Assembly: GCA_963514005.1 (NCBI GenBank)
Contig: OY740808.1
Span: 12,710,001 to 12,774,000 of the forward strand
Direction of reading: 5' to 3'
DNA: 64,000 nt
From: Raja brachyura
Taxonomy: Eukaryota
In this document: positions 1 to 11,470 of the stretch, piece by piece
Numbering within the stretch: the first letter of the stretch is position 1
Layout: the number at the start of each line of letters is the position of its first letter
Translations under genes and position numbers: made by a program
The notes under the pieces: model-generated
Told to the model about the DNA's origin: nothing
The model's input: the letters and a program-made list of their open reading frames with translations, nothing else
Database searches by the model: none

Positions 1-402
1 ACCTGATATCCATGACCAGGAAAAGGTGGAGCTCACAATGGACAACCAGTACACTAGGGGAACCGAAGGAAAGGGCAAGGCCAGGAAGACTCAAATCTTT
101 GCTGTTGGCACCTTCACGGAAAGTACAAGCCGCAGAAGAAATTGGGCATGATAATGTCAGCTCGAGAGTAATCAGAATTGGTTCCTTTGAACAGGGAAGG
201 TTTTATGGTGATTTGAATGAGGTGCATAGTCAAGACGTTATAATTGACCAAATTGTTCCGAGTGAAAGAATGTTCAGTATTTACAAGTTACAGTTTTAGA
301 GTAATTGCCAAAATAACTATCGATCAGGTGAGCAATTGCAGATAAGCGACGATTTATTCGAATCAACAAAAATTTCTACAATCCGGAACATTTAGAAAAG
401 TT

Positions 403-620
403 AGACACTTAAAGCTGGAGTAACTTAGCGGGTCAGACAGCATCTGTGGAGAAAATGAATAGGTGACATTTCGGATCGAGACCCTTCTTCATACAGTCTG
501 AGGAAGGGTCTCGCCCCAAAACATCACAGATTCCTTTTCTCCAGAGATGCTTTCTGACCCGCTGAGTCCAGCTTTTTGTGTCTACCTTTGGTTTAAACCA
601 GCATCTGCAGCTCCTTCCTA
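403..620. repeat. Fold-back (palindromic) element made of two inverted Penelope pLTR/hammerhead-derived arms
   Basis: agacac...gctggagtaacttagcgggtcagacagcatct...gacatttcggatcgagacccttcttc (403-490) is the near reverse complement of gaagggtctcg...gatgctttctgacccgctgagtccagctttttgtgtct (~503-583); paralog at ~19652-19872. Confidence 0.8.
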
Positions 621-779
621 TTCATTAAGACGGAGCCCAGATTGCCCATGCAACGTGAAAATAATTGGGAATAAGGCTTGGAATAAGTGAAAAGTGATTT
701 GTGACAGAGGTCAGGGGTTTGCCCGTGACTGCTTGTCCTCTTACTATAGCATATAGTTCCATCATTGTTCGCTCGTAAC

Positions 780-925
780 NNNNNNNNNNNNNNNNNNNNN
801 NNNNNNNNNNNNNNNNNNNNNNNNNNNNNNNNNNNNNNNNNNNNNNNNNNNNNNNNNNNNNNNNNNNNNNNNNNNNNNNNNNNNNNNNNNNNNNNNNNNN
901 NNNNNNNNNNNNNNNNNNNNNNNNN
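780..925. other. Assembly gap (N run)
   Basis: Run of n. Confidence 1.
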
Positions 926-1079
926 TTTAATTGAGGGCTCTGCAGTCAAAGCCAGATGGACCTTTCCCTTCATATTTCCAAAATTATATATGTGTAGAGG
1001 GATTATATGTGTTTCCTACATATTTCCAAAATTATATGAGTATTGCAAAGCCATATATATAGGCCTTAATTTTTTTAAT

Positions 1080-3788
1080 AGTGAAGAGAAGAAAAAAAAA
1101 GAGTAGAGAAAGAATAGAGATTAATTTAAAAAGTGTGATTATAATTTTGATTATATGTGAGAAGAGAAAGTGCGAGAAAAAGAAAGCAAAAAAAATAAAA
1201 TAAAATAAAAAAATAAAAACAAAAACAAAATTTAAAAAAAAAATCCATATTACTAACAAACAATTATTATACTTAAAGATAGAAAAAACAGTATACATCT
1301 TAACAATGAATGCAACAATTTCTAATAATATATATATAGAGACAAGTATATAAATCTCAGATTAAACATTTTCGTTTGATATTACCATCGGGTACTTGTT
1401 GAGTTTCAATGCTGAGCCATATTTGTTCCAAAAGCTGTGTTTATCCATTAGGATAAACCTAATTCTCTCCAATTGCAATGTCTCCAACATTTCCACTGTC
1501 CACATTTTGATTGTAGGGGATAATGGTCCCTTCCAAAATTTTAATATTATTTTTTTTCCAATTATTAAACAATAATCAAGAAAGTTTCTTTGATTTGCTG
1601 TTAATGTTTGATTTGAATCTGAAACACCAAATATTATTAACTTTGGGTCAGGAATTAATGTGATCTTAAGAACTATGGAAATAATTTTAAAAATCTCAGT
1701 CCAATAACTATTAAGTTTTGTACATATTACAAAACTATGAGTTAAATCAGCTTCTATGTGCTGACATTTATCACACAATGGTGATATATTAGGAAACATT
1801 CTATTTAATTTCTTTTTTGAGTAATGTAATCTATGTAATACTTTGAATTGTATCAAAGTATGTCTGGCATTTAACGAACAACGATGTATTCGTTGTAAGC
1901 TTTCTTCACAAAAATCTTTTAATATCGGTAAACCAGTTTCATTTTCCCATATTTGTCGAAATGATTCTGTTGTTGTTATTTCCCTGTATAAAAGAATGTT
2001 ATATATATATGCTATTAATTTTTCTGTATTTGGATGCTTATTAAGTACTTCATCCAGTAAACCTGGTTCTCTATTTCTATAATCTTGCGTATTTGATTTG
2101 ACATAATCTCTGATTTGTAAATATCTAAGTAAGTTATTTGCCTGCAATCCATAAATCTCTTTCAACTCCTGAAATGAGAGAAATTTCCCATTCCTGTAAA
2201 GATGTTCTATCCTTATAATTCCTAAATTTTTCCAATGTCTAAACCCCACATCCAATGTCGAGGGCTTAAACAGAGGATTATTCATAATTGGTAAACAAAG
2301 CGGCATAGTTTCTAAATGTAAAGTCTTAACTATTTGTTTCCAAATACGTATATTGTTTAAAATTATAGGATTTTCCTTATATGTTTTTTTTGTACCACCA
2401 TTGGAGCAAGGAGTATTGTACTTATATCAAAGGGTAAACAATCTTCCTTTTCTATTCTTAACCAAACTGGGTCCTGTTCCATATGTACCAACCAAAAATT
2501 AATATTCTTAATCTGAACCGCCCAGAAATAATATAAAAAATTAGGTAGTGCTAGGCCACCATTTATCTAAGATTTACATAAGTGTATTTTACTTATTCTG
2601 TGATTTTTACAATCCCAAATAAAGCTGTTGACAATGAAATCAATTAAAAAAAAAAAATTTAGGAAGATATAGCGGGATGGCTTGAAATAAATATAGTAAT
2701 TGTGGCAAAAAAAAATCATTTTAATGGAATTTATTCTACCAATCATTGATATTGGTAATGTTTTCCAATATAAGATATTATTTTTTAGTTTATTTAGTAA
2801 TTGGGGGAAATTTGATTTAAATAGAGAATTATACGATTTTGGTACATTAATTCCAAGATATTTAATTTGATCATTAACTATTTTAAATGGAAATTTTTGT
2901 AATTTATTCAATTTTATTCCTGTTATAGGCATAATTTCACTTTTATTCCAATTAATTCTATATCCTGAGAACATACTAAATTCAGTTATAACATTAAGTA
3001 ATTTAGGGATACTAATCTCTGGTTTTGTTATGTATATTAAGGCATCGTCTGCATATAAAGACATTTTATTAATTGTGGTATTGGTATTGTATCCATAAAT
3101 TTCTGATTCCGATCTAATCCTTTCGGCTAATAATTCTATAGGAAGTGCAAATAATAAGGGTGATAACGGACAACCTTGTCTACAACCCCTAGAAAGATTA
3201 AATTTTGCTGATAACATTTGATTTGTTAGGATTCTTGCTGTTGGGCCAGAGTATAAAATTCTAATCCATTTGCAAAATCCTTCTCCCAGTTGAAATTTCT
3301 GCATTATCCTAAATAAGTAAGGCCATTCGACCTGGTCAAATGCCTTTTCTGCATCCAGGGATATAACCACTAATTCAATATCATTCATTCTTTTTGAATA
3401 TATGATATTGAATAGGCGTCTTAAATTATGTGGAATATCGTTTAGGGATAAAGCCTGTTTGATCATGATGTATTAATTTGTTGATCACTAAGCTTAACCT
3501 TTGAGATAAAACTTTAGTTAATATTTTTTGATCTGTATTTAGAAGAGCTATTGCTCTATATGATCCTGGATCTTCTAGATCTTTATCTGCTTTAGGAATA
3601 AGTGTAATTGTGGATTCTTTTAGGGTTTCTGGAAGCTGTTCTTGCTCATAGGCATCTTTATATATAGTTTGTAGACGTGGGGCAATCAAATCATGAAACT
3701 TCTTATAAAATTCAACACCTAAACCGTCGGGGCCAGCAGCTTTACCGTTCTTCAATGATCTAATTGATTCCTCAATATCTTTCTTTCT
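1080..3788 (-). mobile_element. 5'-truncated, frameshifted L1-clade LINE (ORF2 RT + C-terminal Cys-rich region + 3' UTR)
   Basis: ORFs 3426-3755, 2567-3466 and 1362-2306 with KAAGPDG, SYRAIALLNTD, DQTGF, SLDAEKAFDQVEW, GCRQGCPLSPLLF, SLYADD, IKYLG and CxxC...H...C. Confidence 0.92.
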
Positions 3789-4597
3789 GCACGTGGTCTA
3801 TATGAAGCTGCCGTGCACTCATCGCATCTTTCTGTAGATGTTATCCTGCTTTTTTGAGAGTGTTGATGCCCAGTTTCAGTGTATTATCACCGTGAGACAC
3901 GTGCACGCCACATACAAACTCAGTGGCTGTTCTGCTAACGCCAATAATCACCCTGTTTCTTTAAAGCTGACAATCAGAAGAAATAAAGAAGAAATAAAGT
4001 GTAATGTTTGTAAATATTTAAATTCAATCCCCGTCACCAATTAGTGTGAAAGTCACGGTCTTCTGTGATAAAGGATGGAGGTGCCATGCTTGGTGCGAGG
4101 AGTGTAAAGTGGAGGTGCGAACAACCCATCGGCTTTCAGAAACTTGCTGATATGTTGGGAATTAATGGCGTTTCCAAATTTCCAGATTTCCAGGTATGCA
4201 CACGTATTTTATTTAACTATATGTAACGGTGCACCTTATGAATGAATTATTATTTTTTTTTAAACCGCCTGAAACGTCTACTCTATTTCTCACTTCCCAC
4301 GTGCTGCCCCACTTACTGAATATTAATAGTATTTTCTGATTATTTCTGTGATATTTTTGGTATTAAGGCGACGTTTGCCATGCTTGGTTTACACGGTTCT
4401 TTGCTTAATGTTGCACACGAACTGACAAAGCGCTGTAGAACGCATGGTATAAATCGACGAGTGGCTCACTACTGTTGTACGATTGTAATTAGTGATCGAA
4501 ATAGAGAAACAAAATCAGTGTTGGTAGCTCAGATCTACGAGACAACCCATGTTAAGCCATCATGGTTCGGGTCAGAAGTAAAACAAAGGAAATGAAC

Positions 4598-4616
4598 TTT
4601 ATTTTTAAACTTTATT
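4598..4616 (-). terminator. Poly(A) signals (AATAAA x2) of IgL cluster 1
   Basis: tttatt at 4611-4616 and 4598-4603, ~270 nt past the C stop; homologous signal at 21014-21019 in cluster 2. Confidence 0.65.
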
Positions 4617-4881
4617 CAACGGCTGCAAATATACAATGGGTACAATAGCAACATCCATGCTTTTGGCTAACGCAATTGAATCTACTCGATGCTTCATTCA
4701 AGAACGACATTCTTTCGAAAGCACTACATTTAAAGTGAACAAGTCATAAAAATCGAACTTTCGATTACAAATGGCATTTCTGAACGAAAACACCGAAATC
4801 CAATACATTACTATCTTTGTCACATGGACGAACCCAATGATGATAAACTAACTCGGTCAGGTCAGCCTCACGTTTCCAACA

Positions 4882-5204
4882 TCAGATACAGCTGGATCTC
4901 ACGATGTTTGTCTTAAGTGGGTTTGCCTGAGTCTGGTGTTTAACCACACAGGAGTAAAGCTCGTGTGAGTTCCAGTCTGAGGCTGGCAGAGTCAGGTAAC
5001 TGCTGAGACTGAACGTGTTGTCCTTATCCTGCTGGATCGGGCTGGTCTCAACGCCAGTATTTTTTGCTCCGCCGTCGACTGTCCACTCAACGGCCACCGA
5101 GCCCGGGTTAAAGCCGTTCACCAAACAAACCAGGGTGGCGGTGCCCTTTGAGGTAACTTCATCAGCGGAAGGCGGGAGAACCGTCACGATTGGTGCTCGA
5201 GGAT
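4882..5204 (-). CDS. IGLC: Ig light-chain constant exon, cluster 1 (lambda/type II-like C)
   Basis: CAG|AT acceptor at 5205; DPRAPIVTVLPPS...ATLVCLV.GF.PG...EW...YSCVVKH...RSSCI* C1-set domain with penultimate Cys. Confidence 0.96.
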
Positions 5205-6216
5205 CTGTTGAACAAGAAGTAACGTTTAATTGGAGAATTGCTATCGTTGAGATATCATATTTCAGAAAATGCATCCCTTTAGAGCACTCACTTATTCATT
5301 TGTAGAAAATCGTTTTATTCTCGATCTTTTTCAAACAATTGGGTGTGTGTTTTTGTTAAAATCGGATGAACAATGAATAAACAACGTGAAAGCAACTAGG
5401 ATAGATGCTGTCTGTCCTATCCATAAACAACACGGAAACAACTGTGATATATCATGGCTGTAAAGTTTTATAAAATCGAACACATTAATATAACTTTATA
5501 AAAGTGATTTTCACTGCACGTCTCCAGCTTTAATTCCCTGTCCGTCTATTTAAATGTAACAGATGTGAATAATTTACTTCGCGGAATTTACAGATTAACA
5601 GATTGAAACGTATTTGATAGTGTGCACCCATTGAGATAGAGGGTGACGGTATTTAAGTACCGCAGGAATAGAAGGAAAATATTCCACGCACCGATTCGCA
5701 GATTTCGATTTCATTATAGTTCGAATGTTCATTTTTATTTGAAATGTATTGTTGCGTTCACCAAAGCCTGTTACACGCATTAAACAAAAGTAACCTATCT
5801 CCTGAGGAAAATGTGCCAACCGTTCTATTTTCACATTTTGAGGTGAAACGATATACCCGCTAGACATGTCAACCAGAATTTCGGCAAAGTTGAATGTCAA
5901 CGTTGCTGACCCCCGTTAACCAAGCAATTTACTTTCACATCTGGCCAATTATTCTCGCGAGTTGAAAAATTCGCTGCAAATACTTCTGCAAATTAGTTAA
6001 CAAACCGCATTCTACTCTAATATTGAGGGCGTAGGGCTCCAGTAGGGCTCTCTTTTCCAGTTATTTCACTGAGCTATGACCAAGTGAACTCGGAGCGTGA
6101 GCGTCTGTAAAGCAGGAATCTATACACTGCACCAACTACATCGAAATAAACCTGGCAAAATCAAGATAGGCACAAAACGCTGGAGTAACTTAGCGGATCT
6201 TTGGAGAAAAGGAATA

Positions 6217-6250
6217 GGCGACGTTTCGGGTCGAGACCCTTCTTCAGACT
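6217..6250 (-). ncRNA. Minimal type I hammerhead ribozyme motif
   Basis: Minus strand AGT-CTGAAGA-A-GGGTC(TC)GACCC-GAAA-CG-TC-GCC: CUGANGA core, stem II, GAAA, short palindromic stem III, GUC site. Confidence 0.75.
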
Positions 6251-6390
6251 GAGAGTCAGGGGAAACGGACGCGAGAGATACAGACGGTGATATAGAGAGA
6301 TAAGGAAAAATGCTAGAAAGATATGCAAAGAAAAAACGATGATAAAGGAAATAGGCCATGTTTAACTGTGGGCTCGGTGAAAACGAGTTA

Positions 6391-6873
6391 GATACATAGA
6401 AACATAGAAATTAGGTGCAGGAGTAGGCCATTCGGCCCTTCGAGCCTGCACCGCCATTCAATATGATCATGGCTGATCATCCAACTCAGTATCCCGTACC
6501 TGCCTTCTCTCCATACCCTCTGATCCCCTTAGCCACAAGGGCCACATCCAACTCCCTCTTAAATATAGCCAATGAACTGGCCTCAACTACCCTCTGTGGC
6601 AGAGAGTTCCAGAGACCCACCACTCTCTGTGTGAAAAAGGTCCTTCTCATCTCGGTCCTAAAGGATTTCCCCCTTATCCTTAAGCTGTGACCCCTTGTCC
6701 TGGACCTCCCCAACATCGGGAACAATCTTCCTGCATCTAGCCTGTAATACCCCTTAAGAATTTTGTAAGTTTCTATAAGATCCCCTCTCAATCTCCTAAA
6801 TTCTAGAGAGTATAAACCGAGTCTATGCAGTCTTTGTTCATAAGACAGTCCTGACATCCCAGGAATCAGTCTG
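6391..6873 (-). mobile_element. CR1-clade LINE 3' fragment
   Basis: ORF 6486-6884 (LGLYSLEFRRLRGDLIETYK...TRGH...FFTQRVV..WNSLP); (TTTCTATG)n-type tail; GTTA TSD at 6387-6390/6874-6877; empty site at ~23195-23205. Confidence 0.92.
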
Positions 6874-7106
6874 GTTACAGACAATGCAACTCACCAGGAA
6901 AACACTAAAACTATTACAACGACTAACTTCAAAGTTACCTGAAGTTAGAGAAATCAATAGTCATACCGCTGGATTGTAAGCTGGCCAAATTAAACATGAG
7001 CTGCTGTTCCTCCATTTTGCGTGAACTACGACGTTAATTAAAAAAACATTTCATTTAAATTTACAAAATAATCCATGGCGCCATTCAAGGAATATATTTC
7101 ACTTAC

Positions 7107-7448
7107 CACCAAAACTCAGCCTCGTTCCTTTACCGAAATGTAAACCACTATCCGATTTTGCACAGTAATAGTCTGCAGCATCATTCGCTTGAACGTTAGA
7201 TATTGCGAATGTTGCAGTGTTGCCTGACATTGAGACGGAGAAACGGTCTGGAATGCCCGTGCCTTTGTCAATGCTGCCGGAATAATAGTACATTAAATAC
7301 TTTGGAGTTTTACCAGGGATCTGCTGGTACCAGGAGACATAGTTACCACCTGAACTGGAACCCGATATGGTGCAGGTTATTTGTATGTTCTGCCCCGTAG
7401 AGGTGGACATCGAAGGAGGTTGACTTACAGTAATTGCCGCGTCTACAT
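7107..7448 (-). CDS. IGLV: Germline-joined VJ exon, IgL cluster 1 (intact)
   Basis: TTTCAG|AT acceptor and G|GTAAGT donor; V-set C23, WYQQ, DYYC followed directly by AKSDSGLH-FGKGTRL; 342 nt, phase 1 at both ends. Confidence 0.96.
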
Positions 7449-7568
7449 CTGAAAAAAGATCAAGATCAGAAAAATATAAAATCATTAAGATAGTTGAAGT
7501 GTGGGAGAAGATCACAATTTAATGGTGCACGGCAATAAATCTATTGTCCGTGGACGTATAATACTCAC

Positions 7569-7617
7569 AAACTGCGCATAACACCAACGCACCAACCACA
7601 CAGATCCAGTAAGCCAT
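7569..7617 (-). CDS. IgL leader exon, cluster 1 (MAYWICVVGALVLCAV)
   Basis: ATG at 7617, hydrophobic signal peptide, phase-1 GTGAGT donor, 120-nt intron, in frame with VJ. Confidence 0.92.
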
Positions 7618-7693
7618 TTTAATTAAGCGACTGAACTCCGATAGGGCTTCAGTTTCCTGCTTAAGTGGCGTCTAAACTTGCTCAAGGGCTCGC

Positions 7694-7775
7694 TTTATAA
7701 ATGGAATGACGAGTTGGCACCGTGTGTGTATCTATGCAAACCAATCAAACCAGAATGCTCGTCGAAGCCAATCAG
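7694..7775 (-). promoter_or_regulatory. IgL promoter, cluster 1: TATA, TGACG half-CRE, 7/8 octamer, two inverted CCAAT boxes
   Basis: TTTATAAA 7694-7701; TGACG 7707-7711; ATGCAAAC 7734-7741 (GTTTGCAT in gene sense); CCAAT 7741-7745 and 7768-7772; layout conserved in all four clusters. Confidence 0.8.
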
Positions 7776-8033
7776 AAATTGCCAGATCCTTTCTTCCTCG
7801 AAATATTCCGCCACTGTGATGCATAGCTTGATGCGTTCTCATACATATTGTGGAATAAAAGGGTTTGGTGCAGTAGCCCCTTCCCGATAATAAACAATCT
7901 ATCCATGTTTGTATCATCCCTGTGCAAACATATAATGAAGAGATTATCTGAGAGTATTCAATATTATATTCTGTAACTCGTTAATCGCCAGTGGACACGG
8001 AAGCGAAACGGTCCAATTAAAACCATCTAGCAC

Positions 8034-8585
8034 TTTTTTTAAACATGTATTTATATTTTTATTAGAAGCATTGTACAGTAATATAAACCGCGGCATATGA
8101 CAAAATACATTTCGTGTACCGCTTCTATTTTGAATTTAACAAGAAATGGATAGAATAAGAAAGAAAGAACGAGAAAGAGAAAGAGTGAAGGAAGTAGTGA
8201 TGTGTAAACCCCTAGACTACCAGGTGTGCAGTCCAGGGGTAAACAAGTAATAGCCTATAGAAAAATAAAGACAAAACCCCATAAATAATAAAAAAAGGAA
8301 TAAAAGAAAAGAGAAAAGAGAGAGCAAGAAAAAAAAAAGCGACCCTTATGTGTGGTTATACCTGCTTCATATCTCACCACACCCATCACCCAGTTTGTGA
8401 ATCGGTTTATTTCCAGAGTTGTGTTGCACCAGGTTAATCTTGTAATGAATTAATTAAAGGAGACCATGCCTTTAAAAATTGTTCTGATTTTCCTGCTAGG
8501 ACGAGTCTCATATCTTCAAGATGTAGCGTCTCAGACATGCTCGTAATCCACATTTTAAGCGTTGGGTGGATGCATTTTCCAAATC
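8034..8585 (-). mobile_element. L1-clade LINE 3' end
   Basis: T-run and tttatt at the left end, purine-rich UTR, ORF2 C-terminal remnant resembling 1362-1560; absent from the homologous flank at ~38340-38380. Confidence 0.7.
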
Positions 8586-10784
8586 CCTGAATAGAACGTG
8601 ATGGCATTTATGTCCTCTACCCCGTTTTTATTCAGTGTCATCTTAAATCGATATATTTACGGAATTTCCGAAATCATAATTCCCACAGACCATCATTATT
8701 CTTGTGTGAGAATGTTAACTAACATTAACACTAATAAATGTTAGTGCAGTTGCAGTTTTAGGAAGCAATTCAGACTACATGGTGCGTATGTTGCTTGGAA
8801 GCGCTGCCTGCTTTCACTCTAATACTGTAATGCGCAGTGGACCTTTGCCCAAAGAAGGGCACCAGCATTTAGAAAAACAGAGGTGTTACATTTGACTTTA
8901 ATGAAGTTTAAAATTAGTGATATGTTTGATAACATGTTGATATACTACATACGTATACGATAACTCATTTTATGTACAGTTGATGCAGTGTTGGTATATT
9001 CCAAACAGCACCAGTCGACGATGAGCATCAGCAATAAGAAACAACGTCTGCAAGGGCACCCACGAATCGACCGTGGTAGTCGTTGTGTGATCTGCGCATC
9101 ATCCCCGGACGACATTTTCCTTCCATTTGATCAACAACAAAAGTTCCAAACTTAACATCTGGAAATTGTTCGGGATACTTGTTTTTTTCGAAATTAAGCT
9201 CCAATAACCGGAGTTCGATTTTGGGTGGGCGCGCCACTGTTTTTTTCCATCCTGGGTGAGCAGACGAAGGACACACAGTCAAACAGTGCTCCCTACGCAC
9301 AGGGGGCCACATGCAAAGAAGCGGGACAAAGTTAATGGTTGCTCAGACATTGATATCAATCGGAGGCATTGATTTACTCAGTGTTCTGAATATGCTTTTA
9401 AATTCCTGAATACTCCTTAATATAAATTACGATCTGGCAACTAACATGAATGCATGTATCATAAATGCCCGTTAAACCAGATTAATTTAGCAGCCGTCAT
9501 TATTGTTCTGCCATCCATTAACATAACCGTCCATTCTTTCAAGCACGGCTGGGACGGGAACACAATCTACAGAATTAGTTGCAATTGCGCACGTAAACGC
9601 ATGCATGCCACTAAACGTATGCATGCCACTAGGACAGCCATGTTTATCAAATGCTTATTCGCAGAATCCCCTCCAAGAGTCTCTCTCGTACACAGTACCT
9701 AGGTTTGTAAATATCTCGCATTGCTCTCACGGCTGCCGTTCCTCACTTTGCAACGTGCAATGCTGTAAGAAAATGAACACGCGAACGATGGCAGTGGCTC
9801 AAGGTTGTTCATCATTATCTTCCCAAATGCCTATCCACAGATGCTGCTTGATCCCCTCAGTTACTCCAGCAGTTTGTACTTTACTCAAGATTCCAGCATC
9901 CGCAGTTCCTTGCTTTCTCAGTTTTGAATGAATTATAAATACTGCGTTCCCAGAGATGCACACATTCCACAAATGTTCGGGAATTAGATATGGTCAAGCG
10001 AGAGCGAGCAGAGAGCAGCTGCTGCACGATTGTTTCATATTGCACATTCATGGAAAGTGGACACTGTGTACCAATAAAACAGTATTGATCCCACTGCTCG
10101 CCGAGATGTGTATTAGTGTATCTCCATTTCTTTCCTAGAGACGTCTGAGACTAGCTGGGCACTTGATTTAATAAATAACCCCTTGCTTTTTGAGTACCAT
10201 GATAAACGGCTAATTTTATAACATATTTACCCTTTCTTTCTAGATCAGACTTATTCGTTGGGGTCAAGGAAAGACTTATTCGTTGCGTTCACGCCGCAGC
10301 CCTGTTTCCACCAATCTTTCCACCATCACGCACAAGAAGCACAAGAAGCACAAGAAGCGACAAGACGGACACCATTGTATGCAGATGCCGAGAAGTGCGT
10401 TCGGTTCTGGTTGTACAACTTCTTATCTTATGTGTGGACTCGATAAGAAGATGACATTCATTGTATAACTGAATGCTTCGGTCTAGCTCACGAAGCTCAC
10501 CTTCATGAGAAGGAGAGAAAGACTTTACCTTGGAACGTGATCCGGAGCTGTTCCAGGAACGGAAAGTTCTCCAGATCAGCCATAGTAAACTGGAATCTGG
10601 AAGAGCAGAAATTCATGTGGTTCGTTGTTATTAGCAGTTAAGACTCAATGTGCAAAAGGGTGTGAGATTCGTTGCTTCATGAGCTTTTTCTCGTATTTTG
10701 CTATGATAAAGATGGACTTGGAAACCAAAATATCTATCTCCATTCCATCTCATTCCAGCTATCCACTCAATACCAAATTATAAT

Positions 10785-11470
10785 ATACAATAGACAATAG
10801 GTGCAGGAGGAGGCAATTCGGCCCTTCGAGCCAGCACCGCCATTCAATGTGATCATGCCTGATCATCCCCAATCAATACCCCGTTCCCGCCTTCTCCCCA
10901 TACCCCCCGACTCCGCTATATTTAAGAGCCTTATCTAGCTTTCTCTTGAAATTATCCAGAGAACCGGCCACCACCACCCTCTCGGGCGGAGAATTCCACA
11001 GACTCACAACTCTGTGATAAAAAGTGTTTCCTCATCTTCGTTTTAAATGGCTTACCCGTTATTCTTAAACTGTGGCCCCGGTTCTGGACTCCCCCAACAC
11101 CGAGAACATGTTTCCTGCCTCCAGTGTGTCCAAACCGTTAATAATCTTATTATACGATCCCCTCTCATCCTGTAGAATATGCAAGCCCTGCGCTCCATTC
11201 TCTCAGCATATGAGAGGCCCGCAATCCCAGAAATTAACCGTGTAAACCTACGGTGCACTCCCTCAATAGCAAAGAATGTCCTTCCTCGAATAAGGGGCCA
11301 AAATTACAAACAATACTCCAGGTTTTGTCTCACCAGGGCCCTGTACAACTGCAGAAGGACCTCTTGGCTCCTGTACTCAACTTCTCTTGTTATGAAGGCC
11401 AACATGCCATTCACTTTCTTCACTACCTGCTGTACCTGCATGCTTACTTTCATTGACTGATGAACAAGGA
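10785..11470 (-). mobile_element. CR1-clade LINE 3' fragment
   Basis: acaatag tail, aggtgcaggaggaggc..cggcccttcgagcc 3' stem, RT C-terminal remnants. Confidence 0.85.

Larger units (their letters stand above)
6165..7022 (-). mobile_element. Penelope-like element 3' fragment (GIY-YIG C-terminus, 3' UTR, pLTR) in the cluster 1 J-C intron, split by a CR1
   Basis: ~6935-7020 minus encodes RKMEEQQLMFNLASLQSSGMTIDFSNFR*, similar to the end of ORF 13937-14677; pLTR with hammerhead at 6217-6250; uninterrupted paralog at ~22990-23345. Confidence 0.8.

Noticed and set aside
5205-5274. N-terminal extensions of the C and V ORFs in the ORF track (also 7449-7515, 58329-58482)
   Set aside because: Read-through into introns beyond the AG acceptors
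7161-7167. CACAGTA cryptic heptamer at the V 3' end
   Set aside because: It is simply the TAC-TGT-G codons of YYC found in most V genes; no supporting nonamer and no unjoined donor V in the window
9028-9312. 94-aa minus ORF ending ADVVSYC as a possible V relic
   Set aside because: No WYQQ, no correctly spaced first Cys, no FGxG; could not be assigned
9592-9631. Short tandem duplications and microsatellites (also 10330-10359, 41163-41203, 62204-62230)
   Set aside because: Ordinary slippage repeats with no unique spacers; not CRISPR-like
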